Both the position numbers and the translations under genes were made by a program. From positions 1 through 39,486 of the IMG/VR virus record IMGVR_UViG_3300036717_000038: DNA of 39,486 bases; one strand, 5' to 3'. Below, one piece after another: positions 14,450-24,445 of this stretch; the stretch's first letter is position 1, and every line of letters begins with the position of its first letter. This DNA comes from a virus. Below the pieces are notes generated by a model. The model saw only the letters and a program-made list of their open reading frames with translations. It was not told the DNA's origin and ran no database searches.

Positions 14450-16746
14450 TGATCGTCCTTTTGCTGCGCCTGCGAAGCTTGGTTGACGCCGACATAAACA
14501 CCCATCTTCTGCATGTCTGTCAAGCCTTTCTTAATTGTCTGCGGAGTTGGCGACGAAAGCAAGTTTTTGGCTACTTCCGGGTCAACTGCCGCCATTGTGA
14601 GGATGTTTCTCGATTGGTCCAAGGCATTTTTCAACACCATGTCATTTGTGCCGGAAAGGAAGGTCGAAATTGACTTGCCGAAAGGAATCGTTTTGCCTGC
14701 AGCTTTCATGGCGTTGCTGATGATATGCTCCATAACCGTCTTAGGCGTCTTGCTTAAGCCGATCTTGTAAAGTTGGTCGAATTTCTGCGTCACGGACTCG
14801 ATGTTTTTGATGTCGGCAGGAGTGAACAGGCCGGATTTCTGAAGGTCTGGCATGATGGCCTTGCGCGACAATTGAGCGGTCGCCTGATCTTCCGTAACCA
14901 AGTGCATGGCGATACCGTGGCGCAGCGCCATGCGGGCTTCAGGGTCCGAGGCGGTCAGGTTCTTCAGTTCGGTCAGTCCAGCGGCGCGCTGCCCTTCGCC
15001 GGATCGCAAAATCTTGCCAAGCGTGGCGAACGTATCCGGGGCATTGCCTTGCGACTTGGCTATTTTTCCGATGGCGGTATTCTCGATAGCCTCGCTCGCC
15101 TTCAACTGCGCGCGCGCTACGTTGAATTTCGGCTCTGCGCCGATTTCCTTGATAACGTCGCCGTGCTTCTGCATGAAGCTGTCCATCGCGGAAGGCGTCA
15201 TCTTGTTGTTCTTCGACATCTCTTGGACTTGCTGCCATAGACGCCCTTCAACCGCGCTCTTTATTTCCGGCGAGTTGCCCCCCGCCTCCATCGCGGCCCG
15301 AATGCGTGTTGCGCCGCCTTCGATTAGGTGGTCAACGACTTTCTCGCTAGGAACTTCATGCTTACCGGAGAGAGGGTCAACCTCGGTGATCTTGCCGATT
15401 TGCGCACCTTCTTGGCGACGGAATGCGTCGAGCGGCGCTGAATGCTCCTTGTACTTGTCAAGAAATTCGCCCCAATTTGGCTCAACCGAAGAGGCAGATG
15501 CCTCAAGCATCTTTTTCGCCTGGTCGATTACTTCGGCCCGAACTTGATTTATCGGCTGACCTTCGATTTTCCTTTTCTTCATATCGTCGAGGAAAGCACG
15601 GCGATTCTCGAAATTGGCAGAGGATATGCCTTTCGTCTTTACCTTCTCTCCTGTGGTCTTCAAGAATGCGTTCTGCTTTTCTGGTGACATTTTCAGCAGC
15701 TTAGTCATCTCGTCCGGAGACATGTTTTTCAGGGGGTCGACCTTCCCGCCTTCTGACTTGCCTCGAAGCTCACGGGCTATTTCGCCGTACATCGCTTTTC
15801 CTTGGGCAGTTTCGCCTTTAGCCTTCTCGCGAAGGAAGTCGATGATGTGCTGCGTTGGAATGGGCGTTTTATTTTGTCTGGCTTGCTCTGCCAGCGGAGC
15901 AGTTTCATCCGTCCTTTTTTTAATAAGAGCCTTTTCCCTATCTGATATCGGCTTTCTTGCCTGTTCTCCAAGATCCTCAACAGTAGATTTAGGCGCATTC
16001 CTTTGCGTGGCATTGGTGGCTGTCTTATCAACCGCTGCGGCCCTCGCTGCGGCAGTATCGGACAGCTTTGAGACATCCCCGCCGAAGCCAGCCTGTTCGA
16101 CATTCTTGCGCATGGTCGCGGCGCGCTCTTGCGGGGTGAGATTCTTGGATATCTTGGCTTCTTGGGATGCTGCCTTTGCTGCCGCTCTGGTCGATGCATC
16201 GCCTATGCCGCCAACTGCTTTTACGCCCTTGCCAAGCAAGAACCCCGCGCCCTGGTTGATGCCTTCCTCGACGAGGTTGCCCGCCGCGCCACGCGCCGTA
16301 TCCGATGCGGCCCCGCCGCGTATTAAATCACCTGCGGTCTTGCTGGCGAGTCCTACCGCCTTGCCCGGTAAGGACATGACGGTATCGGTCGCGCCAGCCA
16401 TGCCCTTGGCACCAGTCCCGCGCGGCTCGTAGGTCATCGCTTTCTGCATACGCTGCCGTGCGATATCGGGATCGTCGAAGTTGCTTTTCATGCCAAGCAT
16501 TTTTTCAGCAGTTACGCCTAGGCCTGCGAGATTTCCGGCAACAGGAGCGACAAAATTACTCGCCGTGTGCAGCCCGGTTTCCAGTCCGGCGAAGGGGGAC
16601 AGCAGGATGTCTTTGAAGGCAGAAGGTTGATCGTCTTGCGCAGCAGCAGGGGCGGCAACCGGCGCGGGCGCGGGAGCACTGTCAGGCACGAACCGACCTG
16701 TCTTCTGCGGTTGCTGCTGATCTGGTACGAATGGCATCAGTTCCAA
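14446..16746 (-). CDS. Large internal-virion / ejection-type protein (766 aa)
   Basis: A long ORF that is Ala/Gly/Lys-rich and helical, in a run of three large genes after the tail protein. Function is inferred from position. Confidence 0.65.
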   Translation of the reverse strand: MELMPFVPDQQQPQKTGRFVPDSAPAPAPVAAPAAAQDDQPSAFKDILLSPFAGLETGLHTASNFVAPVAGNLAGLGVTAEKMLGMKSNFDDPDIARQRMQKAMTYEPRGTGAKGMAGATDTVMSLPGKAVGLASKTAGDLIRGGAASDTARGAAGNLVEEGINQGAGFLLGKGVKAVGGIGDASTRAAAKAASQEAKISKNLTPQERAATMRKNVEQAGFGGDVSKLSDTAAARAAAVDKTATNATQRNAPKSTVEDLGEQARKPISDREKALIKKRTDETAPLAEQARQNKTPIPTQHIIDFLREKAKGETAQGKAMYGEIARELRGKSEGGKVDPLKNMSPDEMTKLLKMSPEKQNAFLKTTGEKVKTKGISSANFENRRAFLDDMKKRKIEGQPINQVRAEVIDQAKKMLEASASSVEPNWGEFLDKYKEHSAPLDAFRRQEGAQIGKITEVDPLSGKHEVPSEKVVDHLIEGGATRIRAAMEAGGNSPEIKSAVEGRLWQQVQEMSKNNKMTPSAMDSFMQKHGDVIKEIGAEPKFNVARAQLKASEAIENTAIGKIAKSQGNAPDTFATLGKILRSGEGQRAAGLTELKNLTASDPEARMALRHGIAMHLVTEDQATAQLSRKAIMPDLQKSGLFTPADIKNIESVTQKFDQLYKIGLSKTPKTVMEHIISNAMKAAGKTIPFGKSISTFLSGTNDMVLKNALDQSRNILTMAAVDPEVAKNLLSSPTPQTIKKGLTDMQKMGVYVGVNQASQAQQKDDQ

Positions 16747-18110
16747 GTCCCTGTTTGGCCGCCGATGGTGACACGCGCGCCGGGTTTCAACGTCCCTGCC
16801 TTGGCCGCTGCTTCGGCTTCAGCTTCGGTCGAAAATGAAGAACCTGCCGCTGGTGAGCCTTCTTGATTCATTTCCTTTTGTGCCATGCCAGTGATAGCCC
16901 TGATCTGAGCCAATTTGGCCTTGATGGTTTCCGGCTTGTCGCCCAAAGTCGGCACCAGTTTGCGAGCCTCGCGCACCTTCGAGTCGGAAACTTGGCCCCG
17001 GCCCATGCTCTGGATACTGGCAATGGCGACAGCCATGCGGTTCGCATAGACGTCGTAGACCTGCATTTCCTCCGGCGTGGCCGCCTTGCCTGTTAGGGAA
17101 CTCCAAAACCCCGGCTTGTCGGCATTGAAAAATGGGCTTCCTTCCTTGGTCTTCAAGGTGCCAATCTTTTCAAGCGATTGGTTCAACTCTTGGATGTCCA
17201 GTTGCACGGAGTGCTTCATCGTCGGAGACATGCCCTTTCCGCCACCAGAAGCCTGCATCTTGGCGATTTCGGCGTCGTGGTAACGCATCGTTTCTTTCAA
17301 CTCCGCGTCCTGATGCGCAAGAGAATCTTGGTGATTCTGCTTTTCCTGCCCGATCCGCGCCCATTCAGCCGACAGCCGCTGATGTTCCATGTCGAGCGTA
17401 TCCTTGTGCTGTTGGGCCGATTCCTGCGACTTGACCGAGGCGTCGATCGCCGACTGAATGCCCTTGTAATTGTTGTTCCGGGCTTCCGCGCGCACCAGCT
17501 CGTCGCCGTACTTGTTCGCCACCAGCCCGGCCTCGCGGATTTTCTCGTCGAGCGTCATCTTGTTGTTGGCGAAAACGCGGTTGTATTCCTCCAACTTGGC
17601 CTTGTTCTGGTCTACCGCCTTCTGGTAGTTTTGCTGAAATTCCTTGTAGGATTGGTCGTATTGCGCCTGGTCGCCAGCCTGCACCCCGTTGATTGCCGCC
17701 GTCATGTTGTTGAGTGCCGCCGTCATCGGCGTGCGGGAAAGCAGCCCCGCCAGCGCGCCCAGCGTCATGAAGGTCGAGAACGCGTCCGAGAGTTGCTTCG
17801 GGTCCATGTGCTTGGCGTTGTTCTCCGGCAGGGCTTGTTGATCCGGTCCCTTCGCCGCCATCGCGCCCAAATCCTTGTTCTTCTGCTCGATATCGGCGTT
17901 GATCGGAGCCATCTCCGCTTCCTTGCGCTTGGCGATGTCCGCCTGCTCGGCGTCGGCCTTGGCTGCTTGCGCTTGCGCCGCCTGCACGCGCGGGTCTTGC
18001 GCTACTGCAGGCGGCAGGGTCGCGCCAGCACCGCCTGGGAGCGCCCCGCCGGCGGCTATCGAAGGCGGCAGCGAGCCTTGGCTGATCTGGTCGATTGCGC
18101 TGACGCTCAT
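16737..18110 (-). CDS. Internal-virion-type coiled-coil protein (457 aa)
   Basis: Long Gln/Ala/Lys/Glu-rich helical ORF with a 10-nt overlap with the next gene. Confidence 0.65.
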   Translation of the reverse strand: MSVSAIDQISQGSLPPSIAAGGALPGGAGATLPPAVAQDPRVQAAQAQAAKADAEQADIAKRKEAEMAPINADIEQKNKDLGAMAAKGPDQQALPENNAKHMDPKQLSDAFSTFMTLGALAGLLSRTPMTAALNNMTAAINGVQAGDQAQYDQSYKEFQQNYQKAVDQNKAKLEEYNRVFANNKMTLDEKIREAGLVANKYGDELVRAEARNNNYKGIQSAIDASVKSQESAQQHKDTLDMEHQRLSAEWARIGQEKQNHQDSLAHQDAELKETMRYHDAEIAKMQASGGGKGMSPTMKHSVQLDIQELNQSLEKIGTLKTKEGSPFFNADKPGFWSSLTGKAATPEEMQVYDVYANRMAVAIASIQSMGRGQVSDSKVREARKLVPTLGDKPETIKAKLAQIRAITGMAQKEMNQEGSPAAGSSFSTEAEAEAAAKAGTLKPGARVTIGGQTGTWN

Positions 18111-18111
18111 C

Positions 18112-19236
18112 TCATCCTCCTGGCGTTGTGGTGGTCGAGGTAGTGCCGGTCTGCTGCGTGTTCATCTTGGCCAAGGCGGCCATGAAGCTCGAACTTGCTT
18201 GGCTCAACTGCTGATCGGCGGCGACGGAGGCATTGACGGCGGCGACTTGCGGGCCTTGCGCCAGTCCTGCGGCTTGCAATCCGCTGTTCATCATCGCGGT
18301 CAGTGCCTGGCTGCGCATGGCGTCCGCTTGCGCGCCAACCTGCGACAAGGCGCTGGCTTCCATTGACGAATTGCTCAACCCGGCTTGGGCGTAGTAATTC
18401 TTGATCGATGCGGTTTGCTGCTGGGACCATTGTGCAATAGCGAAGGCGTCTGACGGATTCAAGGTGCCGGATTTGTATTGCCCAAGCAGTTGATTAGACA
18501 CGTCTGAGGCAGGCTGCGCCACGCCCTTTAGTTGATCTGCGGCACTCTGCGCCTTGTGCTGCGCGTAGGCGTTCATGCCGAGGCTGGCCAGCGGAGCATA
18601 CTTCATCGCACCGTTCCCGGCAGCGCCGAGTTGTTTCAAGGCATTGTCGAGCGACGAATTGCCGGTTCCGCTGTCGAGCGTGTTCGCGGCTTGGTTCGGC
18701 AGCGTCGTTGTGTCGCCGGTCGGCGAGGTATAGGTTCCCGTCGCGTCGTTGAAGTCCGCAGCACCAGTGCCACCGCCAGCGGCGCCAGCGCCGTAATCTG
18801 CCGTTCCTGCGCCGACATAGCCAGAATCGAGGCCGGTCGCCGCGCCTGCATCCGATGCGGCAAAGCCAGCGTCGGAGAAAGCGCCGCCCACGCCGCCTGT
18901 CACACTCGCACCGCCAAGGCCGGCATCTGCGGCCGCAGTTCCCAAACTGGCGTCTACGGCGCCTGCTCCTGCCCCCGCACCAGCGGCCCCAATAGCAGAA
19001 TCCGTCGCACCAGCGCCCAGCGCGGCCGCATCTGCAACGCCGGTTCCGCCGGCTATGCCCGATGCCGCAGTGCCACCAGCAAGTCCAGCGTCGAGGCCAG
19101 CCCCAGCGGCAACATCGGCTGCACCAGCACCCGCACCGGCCGCAGCGGCTCCGGCACCCGCATCCACGGCAGCAGCGCCAGCGGCATCGGCTGCACCCGC
19201 GTCAGCCAAACCACCTATGACCGCGTCAAACCCCAT
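18112..19236 (-). CDS. Gly/Ala-rich internal-virion-type protein (374 aa)
   Basis: I chose the ATG at 19236 (MGFDAVIGG...) instead of the track start at 19308. The N-terminal half is almost entirely G/A/D/V. Confidence 0.6.
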   Translation of the reverse strand: MGFDAVIGGLADAGAADAAGAAAVDAGAGAAAAGAGAGAADVAAGAGLDAGLAGGTAASGIAGGTGVADAAALGAGATDSAIGAAGAGAGAGAVDASLGTAAADAGLGGASVTGGVGGAFSDAGFAASDAGAATGLDSGYVGAGTADYGAGAAGGGTGAADFNDATGTYTSPTGDTTTLPNQAANTLDSGTGNSSLDNALKQLGAAGNGAMKYAPLASLGMNAYAQHKAQSAADQLKGVAQPASDVSNQLLGQYKSGTLNPSDAFAIAQWSQQQTASIKNYYAQAGLSNSSMEASALSQVGAQADAMRSQALTAMMNSGLQAAGLAQGPQVAAVNASVAADQQLSQASSSFMAALAKMNTQQTGTTSTTTTPGG

Positions 19237-19699
19237 GATCGCTCTCCAATATTTTTCCCATGAGAACTTCCTCTTCAATATAGCCCATGCGCGCCAGGAT
19301 CGGGCCAAAATCGCGTGATTTCTTGATGTGCCATATTACCTTGTTGACCCCCAATTGGCGAAGGCGTTTCTCCGACTCCAAAATAAGGCGAATCCCGACA
19401 GTCGTTCCCTTCCGGTACGGCTTGGCCAAGAAAAGCACGTCGTTGTTTGCTGTCTTCAAGTCCATATAGTGCATGTTGGTGCCGAGGATAAACACCGAAT
19501 AGCCGATTAGCTCTCCGTCGAGTTTGGCAAATATCGGCAGCAATTTCCTTGCGCGCTCCAAGGAACGGTATCGCTCCCAATCCACATTCAACTTGACGTT
19601 CTCTTTGTGCAGGGTCAATTCGTCGTAGTGCTGGTCGAGCAACGCCGCGCCGACGCGCTCCATTTCGTCCACCGTTCCGACAGAGAATTCAACGCTCAT
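19226..19699 (-). CDS. GNAT-family N-acetyltransferase (157 aa)
   Basis: I chose the ATG at 19699 (ATGA overlap with the upstream stop). The motif-A-like segment KPYRKGTTVGIRLI is followed by a helix. Confidence 0.7.
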   Translation of the reverse strand: MSVEFSVGTVDEMERVGAALLDQHYDELTLHKENVKLNVDWERYRSLERARKLLPIFAKLDGELIGYSVFILGTNMHYMDLKTANNDVLFLAKPYRKGTTVGIRLILESEKRLRQLGVNKVIWHIKKSRDFGPILARMGYIEEEVLMGKILESDHGV

Positions 19700-20043
19700 G
19701 TTCCCAGCCCCAAAATTGTGTTGACGACGTCGTGAATGTAGGCGTGATCCGCCATCCAATCTGCATACTGCCCTTCGTTCTTGAAATCGCACTGGCTGAT
19801 ATCAGGCAAATTGGACGCGCCCAAGCCGAGCTTGTCGAACTGATCGAGATGGATCAGGTAATGCGTGCCGAGCCAGTTTTGATCGACGCGCGGGTCGGAG
19901 TACATCGGCGCGTATTCCGGCGTCAGGCCCAGGCTCAACATTTTCTCCTGCTGCTGCTGGTGATTCAATTCGTTCGACGCGAGAAAATCCATGAACCCCT
20001 GTTCGTCGCCGAATTCCGTTTCCGAAGGCAGGTCCATGTTCAT
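19696..20043 (-). CDS. Hypothetical acidic protein (115 aa)
   Basis: ORF in the track, located between the tail protein and the GNAT gene. Confidence 0.6.
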   Translation of the reverse strand: MNMDLPSETEFGDEQGFMDFLASNELNHQQQQEKMLSLGLTPEYAPMYSDPRVDQNWLGTHYLIHLDQFDKLGLGASNLPDISQCDFKNEGQYADWMADHAYIHDVVNTILGLGT

Positions 20044-20050
20044 GTCGGCC

Positions 20051-23000
20051 TCATGTGCAGATTATTTGATATGGTACGGTCCCGGCAGTAAGGGTCAATT
20101 CATACGGCGAAAGCGGCGTTAGAAGTCCGCCTGTCCCTATTGAGAATTGCCCGACTCCGTATAATGGCGCGCCCCCATTGATAACGACATAAAGGTATTT
20201 TCCATCCGCAGAAGCGGCGATTGCTCTAGGACTTGTCGAAGTTCCGGTCGATACTGTTGGAGACGCCAAGGATGTCAGTGCGCCGCCCGCTCCGATTGAA
20301 AATTGCGAAATCGTCGAATCGCCTGTGTTGCTCACGTAAAGGTAATTTCCGTCCTTCGATGTGCAAGTAAAGTATGGATTCGTACCAACTCCAACCGGCG
20401 ATGTTCCCAACTGAATAGGATTAGCTCCGCCAATGGCATAAATAGAAATCGTGTTGTCGTAGCTGTTTGTGCAATACAACACCCCTTTCGGGCTGACAAT
20501 GATGCTCTGATATCCGTTTGAAGCCCCGCAAGCAGCGGAGCCAGCAATAAGCAATTCGCCGGATATCCCGCGAGTGAAATGCGTAATGTTCCCAGGGAGA
20601 TTTACGAGACTTCCTGTTGACGCGACATAGACATCAATTCCATTTGGATGACAAACAACACTAGATGCATCCGTAGAAGACAAGAAGGTATGCGCGTTCG
20701 CCGAAGCACCCGAACCGCCGCCGCCAGAGAATATCACTGATGGAGCAGACGTATATCCACTGCCACCAGAGGTAACATTGATGCCTGTAACTCGGCCACC
20801 ACTAACCACCGCTATAGCGGTCGCGCCAGAACCGCCGCCACCTGTGAAAGAGATTATCGGAACACTCGTGTAACCGCTTCCATTTCCGGTTATCACGACT
20901 TCTGCAACAACCTGAAGTGCTGTCAAATTTCCAGACAAATCCCTTGCGTATTGATGTATTGTTCCACCCGCAGCGACATATAGATTTTTCCCATCAGGAG
21001 ACACGCCACTTCCACCCGGCGAATTAGAAAATCCACCCAATGTAGTGACGTATGTGCATAGGCCGGATGCAATGCTTCTGGAAAAGACATTTAAAGTTTG
21101 TGACCCTACGGAAGAACCATAGAGGGATATTCCGTCAGGGGAAATGGTAAGAGCCTGAATATTGTTTCCGCCGGTAATGTACTCGGGAGAAAGTGCAGAA
21201 AGTTGACCGTTCGATGCCTTTGTAAGTTGGGCCAAGGTGTCGCCGGAACTGTTCAACGAGACATACACTGAAGCGGCGAACGGCGTTGCACTGGCCTGAT
21301 TCGACGGTCCAGATTCACCGGCAGCATTCACCGCCGTCACGACGTAGTAATACGTGGTGCCGTCCGTCAGGCCGGTATGCACGTAGGTTGTCGCAGTAAT
21401 CCCGGAAATCTTCGTCCCAGCGGTTCCGGTTCCAGAAACCAAAGACCAATACAAATTGTAAGACGTGGCCCCGGCAGCGCCGACCCAAGTTTCCGTCGTC
21501 TGTTCGTTTCCTGCAACCGCCGTCAAAATGCCGGGATTTGGCGCAGGAGTCGGCGTCGGCGTAGGAGCAGGCGTAGGCGTGGGCGTGGGCGCTGGCGGGA
21601 AGAAAGGCGGCAATCCGGCGAACGTCGGCAGCGTCGTCCAGTCCGCGCGCATCTCGTACTGAATGTGAAAGGCGTTGTAGTGGATGTTCGGATACTGGTC
21701 GCTCAAGCGAACGCCGATGTACTTTCCGCTGACCTCGATATCGGTCTTGTTGAAGGCGTAGTTGAGCGTGCCTGACACGTTGCCCGGATAAAAATTCCAG
21801 TAGTTGAAATTGGTCGATTGCTCGGTGTCCACGATCCCGATTGTCGGGTATGGGTAATACGCTGCAACGGTCGTTTCGAGGCCGAACTTGATGACCTCTT
21901 TCTCGCGCGTCGTCGCTCCCATGTCCCACAACTTGCTGACGATAAGATGCTCGTACCGAAACGTGTAGACGCCGAAAATATTGTCGTTGGTCAGCAGGGA
22001 GTAGAAGTTCGTCCCGTCCGTTCCGTAAAGCACCGGAATGCCGTTGTACAGCGCCGTGCAGCAGAAAGTCAGGTTGTCGCCCTGGCTTGAAAATGTCCAC
22101 TTCTTATTGAAGTAGATGGCGAGCAATGCCCTAGGGTTAGCCGAGTATGTGAGATCGTTGGTGTAGGCCAAAAACCCCAAGCAGATGTTCTCGTGCGTAA
22201 CGAAGTAGCCGCCGGATATCGGAATGACGCCAGCCGGCAGAGTCGTGAAATAACCGTCCAGATCGTTCGATATTTTCTCGCAAGTCGTCCCGTTCAGGAT
22301 GTAAAAGCCGTAATTCGTGGCGAACGCCAGGCCGCGATAGTACGGCGTGATCGAGGTGAATTGGTTGGTGCCGATCGACGCCGTGATGTTCGTGTTCGAG
22401 AAGACCGTATTCCCGCTGACAACCTGCACACCGGAGACAACGTTGATCGATGTCTTACCGAAGATGTAGAGATAGTTGTTTGCGGAATACAGCGCCGTGA
22501 TGACGTTGATGAGCGTCGAGTCGGTCATGACAAACGAGCCGCCAGCATTGGCCGAACTGAAGTCCGTGAAGCTGCCGGGCGCCGAAAAGATGATCGTGCG
22601 GTTCGCGTTCGCAATCCACACCCGGCTTGCGTAGGTCGCGATTTGCACGCCGTTGCTGGGCGCCACGCTGACATCTGCCGTCAGGGACGCGCCCGAGCCA
22701 GATCCGCCGGAGAGCGTGACCGCGGCGTTCGCCGTGTATCCGGTCCCCGGATTTGTGATCGTTACCGGGCCCACACCGAAACTGAGAGTAAAAGTGGCGC
22801 CCGTGCCGAAGCCGCCAGTCACCGCTACTGAGCCGGTCGGAATGACGGAATACTGCCCGGTGTTGATGATGTTGAAGCCGGTTATCGCTCCGGTGCTCGG
22901 ATTCACCGCCGAAATCTCGAATTGCGCCGCAGTGACGAAGGTGCCGCCCACGAGGGTCAAAATGTCGTTGGCTTGGTAGCTGGTGCCGGCAGCCGACGCC

Positions 23001-23563
23001 GTGGCCAAGACAACCTGCAATGAAGCGGTTGCCGTCGCCGTGGTGCCGCTGCCAGGCGCTGCGATGGTCAGGGTCGGGACGCTCGTGTAGCCGCTGCCTG
23101 GAAGCGTCACCACGACCGTTTGAATCGTTCCTGTGACCTGTGTGAGCGTTGTGCCGTCGTAGGTGAAATACCCGTTGGCCGGATCGATAATGAGGATTTG
23201 GGTGTCGGACCATGACGTTGCCACCGTGCCGGCGTCCGAAAAGGTGCCGTCTGCGGCGAATTGCGTCACCGCGTTCGTTTCCAGATTGATGCTGTAGCCA
23301 CCGCCAGTGTTCGTGAAAACGATCAATATCGGCGTGTCGTTGAGGTTGTAGGACTGGAAAAACGTCGCCGTGCCGGTCGGCCAACTTCCGAGAATTCCGC
23401 TCGGACCGGCAATAGACAGCATGTTTCCGTAGCCGAGTGGAAACACATTTTCCAGCCATGCGAACTGATCGTCGCCGATATTCTGGCGCGAGGCTTGGGT
23501 ATTGACGCCTTTGAAGTCGCGCAGCGTGTGCGTGAGCTTGGTGCCTTCTTTCGGACCGGCCAC
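20051..23563 (-). CDS. Mosaic tail / receptor-binding protein (1170 aa). It carries GxGYT[ST]xP modules, a Pro-Thr linker, an FN3 domain and a YVTN-type beta-propeller.
   Basis: GGAGGG lies 6 nt upstream of the GTG at 23563. The PT linker is PPFFPPAPTPTPTPAPTPTPTPAPNP, at about 21533-21610. The FN3-like segment is YNLYWS...YYYVVTAVNAAGESGPS. The C-terminal repeats include LYVSNTGDSTISQFSI and LYCTNSYDNTISIYAI. Confidence 0.8.
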   Translation of the reverse strand: MAGPKEGTKLTHTLRDFKGVNTQASRQNIGDDQFAWLENVFPLGYGNMLSIAGPSGILGSWPTGTATFFQSYNLNDTPILIVFTNTGGGYSINLETNAVTQFAADGTFSDAGTVATSWSDTQILIIDPANGYFTYDGTTLTQVTGTIQTVVVTLPGSGYTSVPTLTIAAPGSGTTATATASLQVVLATASAAGTSYQANDILTLVGGTFVTAAQFEISAVNPSTGAITGFNIINTGQYSVIPTGSVAVTGGFGTGATFTLSFGVGPVTITNPGTGYTANAAVTLSGGSGSGASLTADVSVAPSNGVQIATYASRVWIANANRTIIFSAPGSFTDFSSANAGGSFVMTDSTLINVITALYSANNYLYIFGKTSINVVSGVQVVSGNTVFSNTNITASIGTNQFTSITPYYRGLAFATNYGFYILNGTTCEKISNDLDGYFTTLPAGVIPISGGYFVTHENICLGFLAYTNDLTYSANPRALLAIYFNKKWTFSSQGDNLTFCCTALYNGIPVLYGTDGTNFYSLLTNDNIFGVYTFRYEHLIVSKLWDMGATTREKEVIKFGLETTVAAYYPYPTIGIVDTEQSTNFNYWNFYPGNVSGTLNYAFNKTDIEVSGKYIGVRLSDQYPNIHYNAFHIQYEMRADWTTLPTFAGLPPFFPPAPTPTPTPAPTPTPTPAPNPGILTAVAGNEQTTETWVGAAGATSYNLYWSLVSGTGTAGTKISGITATTYVHTGLTDGTTYYYVVTAVNAAGESGPSNQASATPFAASVYVSLNSSGDTLAQLTKASNGQLSALSPEYITGGNNIQALTISPDGISLYGSSVGSQTLNVFSRSIASGLCTYVTTLGGFSNSPGGSGVSPDGKNLYVAAGGTIHQYARDLSGNLTALQVVAEVVITGNGSGYTSVPIISFTGGGGSGATAIAVVSGGRVTGINVTSGGSGYTSAPSVIFSGGGGSGASANAHTFLSSTDASSVVCHPNGIDVYVASTGSLVNLPGNITHFTRGISGELLIAGSAACGASNGYQSIIVSPKGVLYCTNSYDNTISIYAIGGANPIQLGTSPVGVGTNPYFTCTSKDGNYLYVSNTGDSTISQFSIGAGGALTSLASPTVSTGTSTSPRAIAASADGKYLYVVINGGAPLYGVGQFSIGTGGLLTPLSPYELTLTAGTVPYQIICT

Positions 23564-23566
23564 GGC

Positions 23567-24439
23567 TTACCCTCCGTAGGAATTCGGGATGCGGCGCGTG
23601 AACGACTGGCGCAGCGCGTCTTTAGCCCTTCCGAGGTACTGATCCTTGAAGCTGGCCGCCTCGCCGTAGGACTGCTCTTTGATCTTGGCCAAATACGCGG
23701 CGTAGAACGGGATCGGAAACGAGTACGGCTGGTTTATCAAGTCCACGTCGGTCAGGTTGACGAGCGGTGCCGGCAGGACGACGGTGTCGATTTCGGCGCT
23801 GTAGTATTGGTCTGGAATCGGTCCCAGGTAAAAGGCGTTCTGTCCGTAGGCAGACCACACCGCTGGCCGGGAAAGGATCTGCTGCCACACCCGCATGCGC
23901 GCGTTGAACTCGGTCCACGCCATGTAGTCGAGCACGATGCGCTGGGTTCCCCAAATCACGGTGACGTTCAGGATGTCCAGGGTGTTGGTGTTCAGGATGC
24001 TGGCGGTCGCCGCCGCGCCGGTGCCGCTGCCACCGGTGAAGCCAATCGTCGGCGTTGCCGTGTAGCCAGTGCCGATGTTGACCATTTGCACCTGCGACAC
24101 TAGGCCGCCGTTGACGGTAGCCGTCGCCGTCGCCCCGGTTCCTGTGGTGTCGCCCGCGCCATTTGTGACGGTAACAGTTGGTGCGCTCGTGTAGCCGCTG
24201 CCGCCGTTCGTCACCAGTGCACCAGTCACCCCGCCGCCGGTTGGCCCGTATGTGTACGTTTCAATCGCGGCAGACAGGTAGATGGTTTGCAGGCTGCGGT
24301 TGCAGCCGGTATCGCAAACCAGCATCGAACGGGCTTCGTTGATGTAGTCGGTCAGCTCGGCAACGGTCCAGTATTGCGCCGTGGCGTCATGCAGAAGTCG
24401 TTGCGCTTGCGTGACATAGGTTTGAAGGGTGTTTGGCAT
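23567..24439 (-). CDS. Virion protein (290 aa) with two inserted GxGYT[ST]xP modules, possibly an adaptor or neck protein
   Basis: Contains GGSGYTSAPTVTVTNGAGDTTGTGATATA and IGTGYTATPTIGFTGGSGTGAAATA. Confidence 0.6.
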   Translation of the reverse strand: MPNTLQTYVTQAQRLLHDATAQYWTVAELTDYINEARSMLVCDTGCNRSLQTIYLSAAIETYTYGPTGGGVTGALVTNGGSGYTSAPTVTVTNGAGDTTGTGATATATVNGGLVSQVQMVNIGTGYTATPTIGFTGGSGTGAAATASILNTNTLDILNVTVIWGTQRIVLDYMAWTEFNARMRVWQQILSRPAVWSAYGQNAFYLGPIPDQYYSAEIDTVVLPAPLVNLTDVDLINQPYSFPIPFYAAYLAKIKEQSYGEAASFKDQYLGRAKDALRQSFTRRIPNSYGG

Positions 24440-24445
24440 TGCTCA

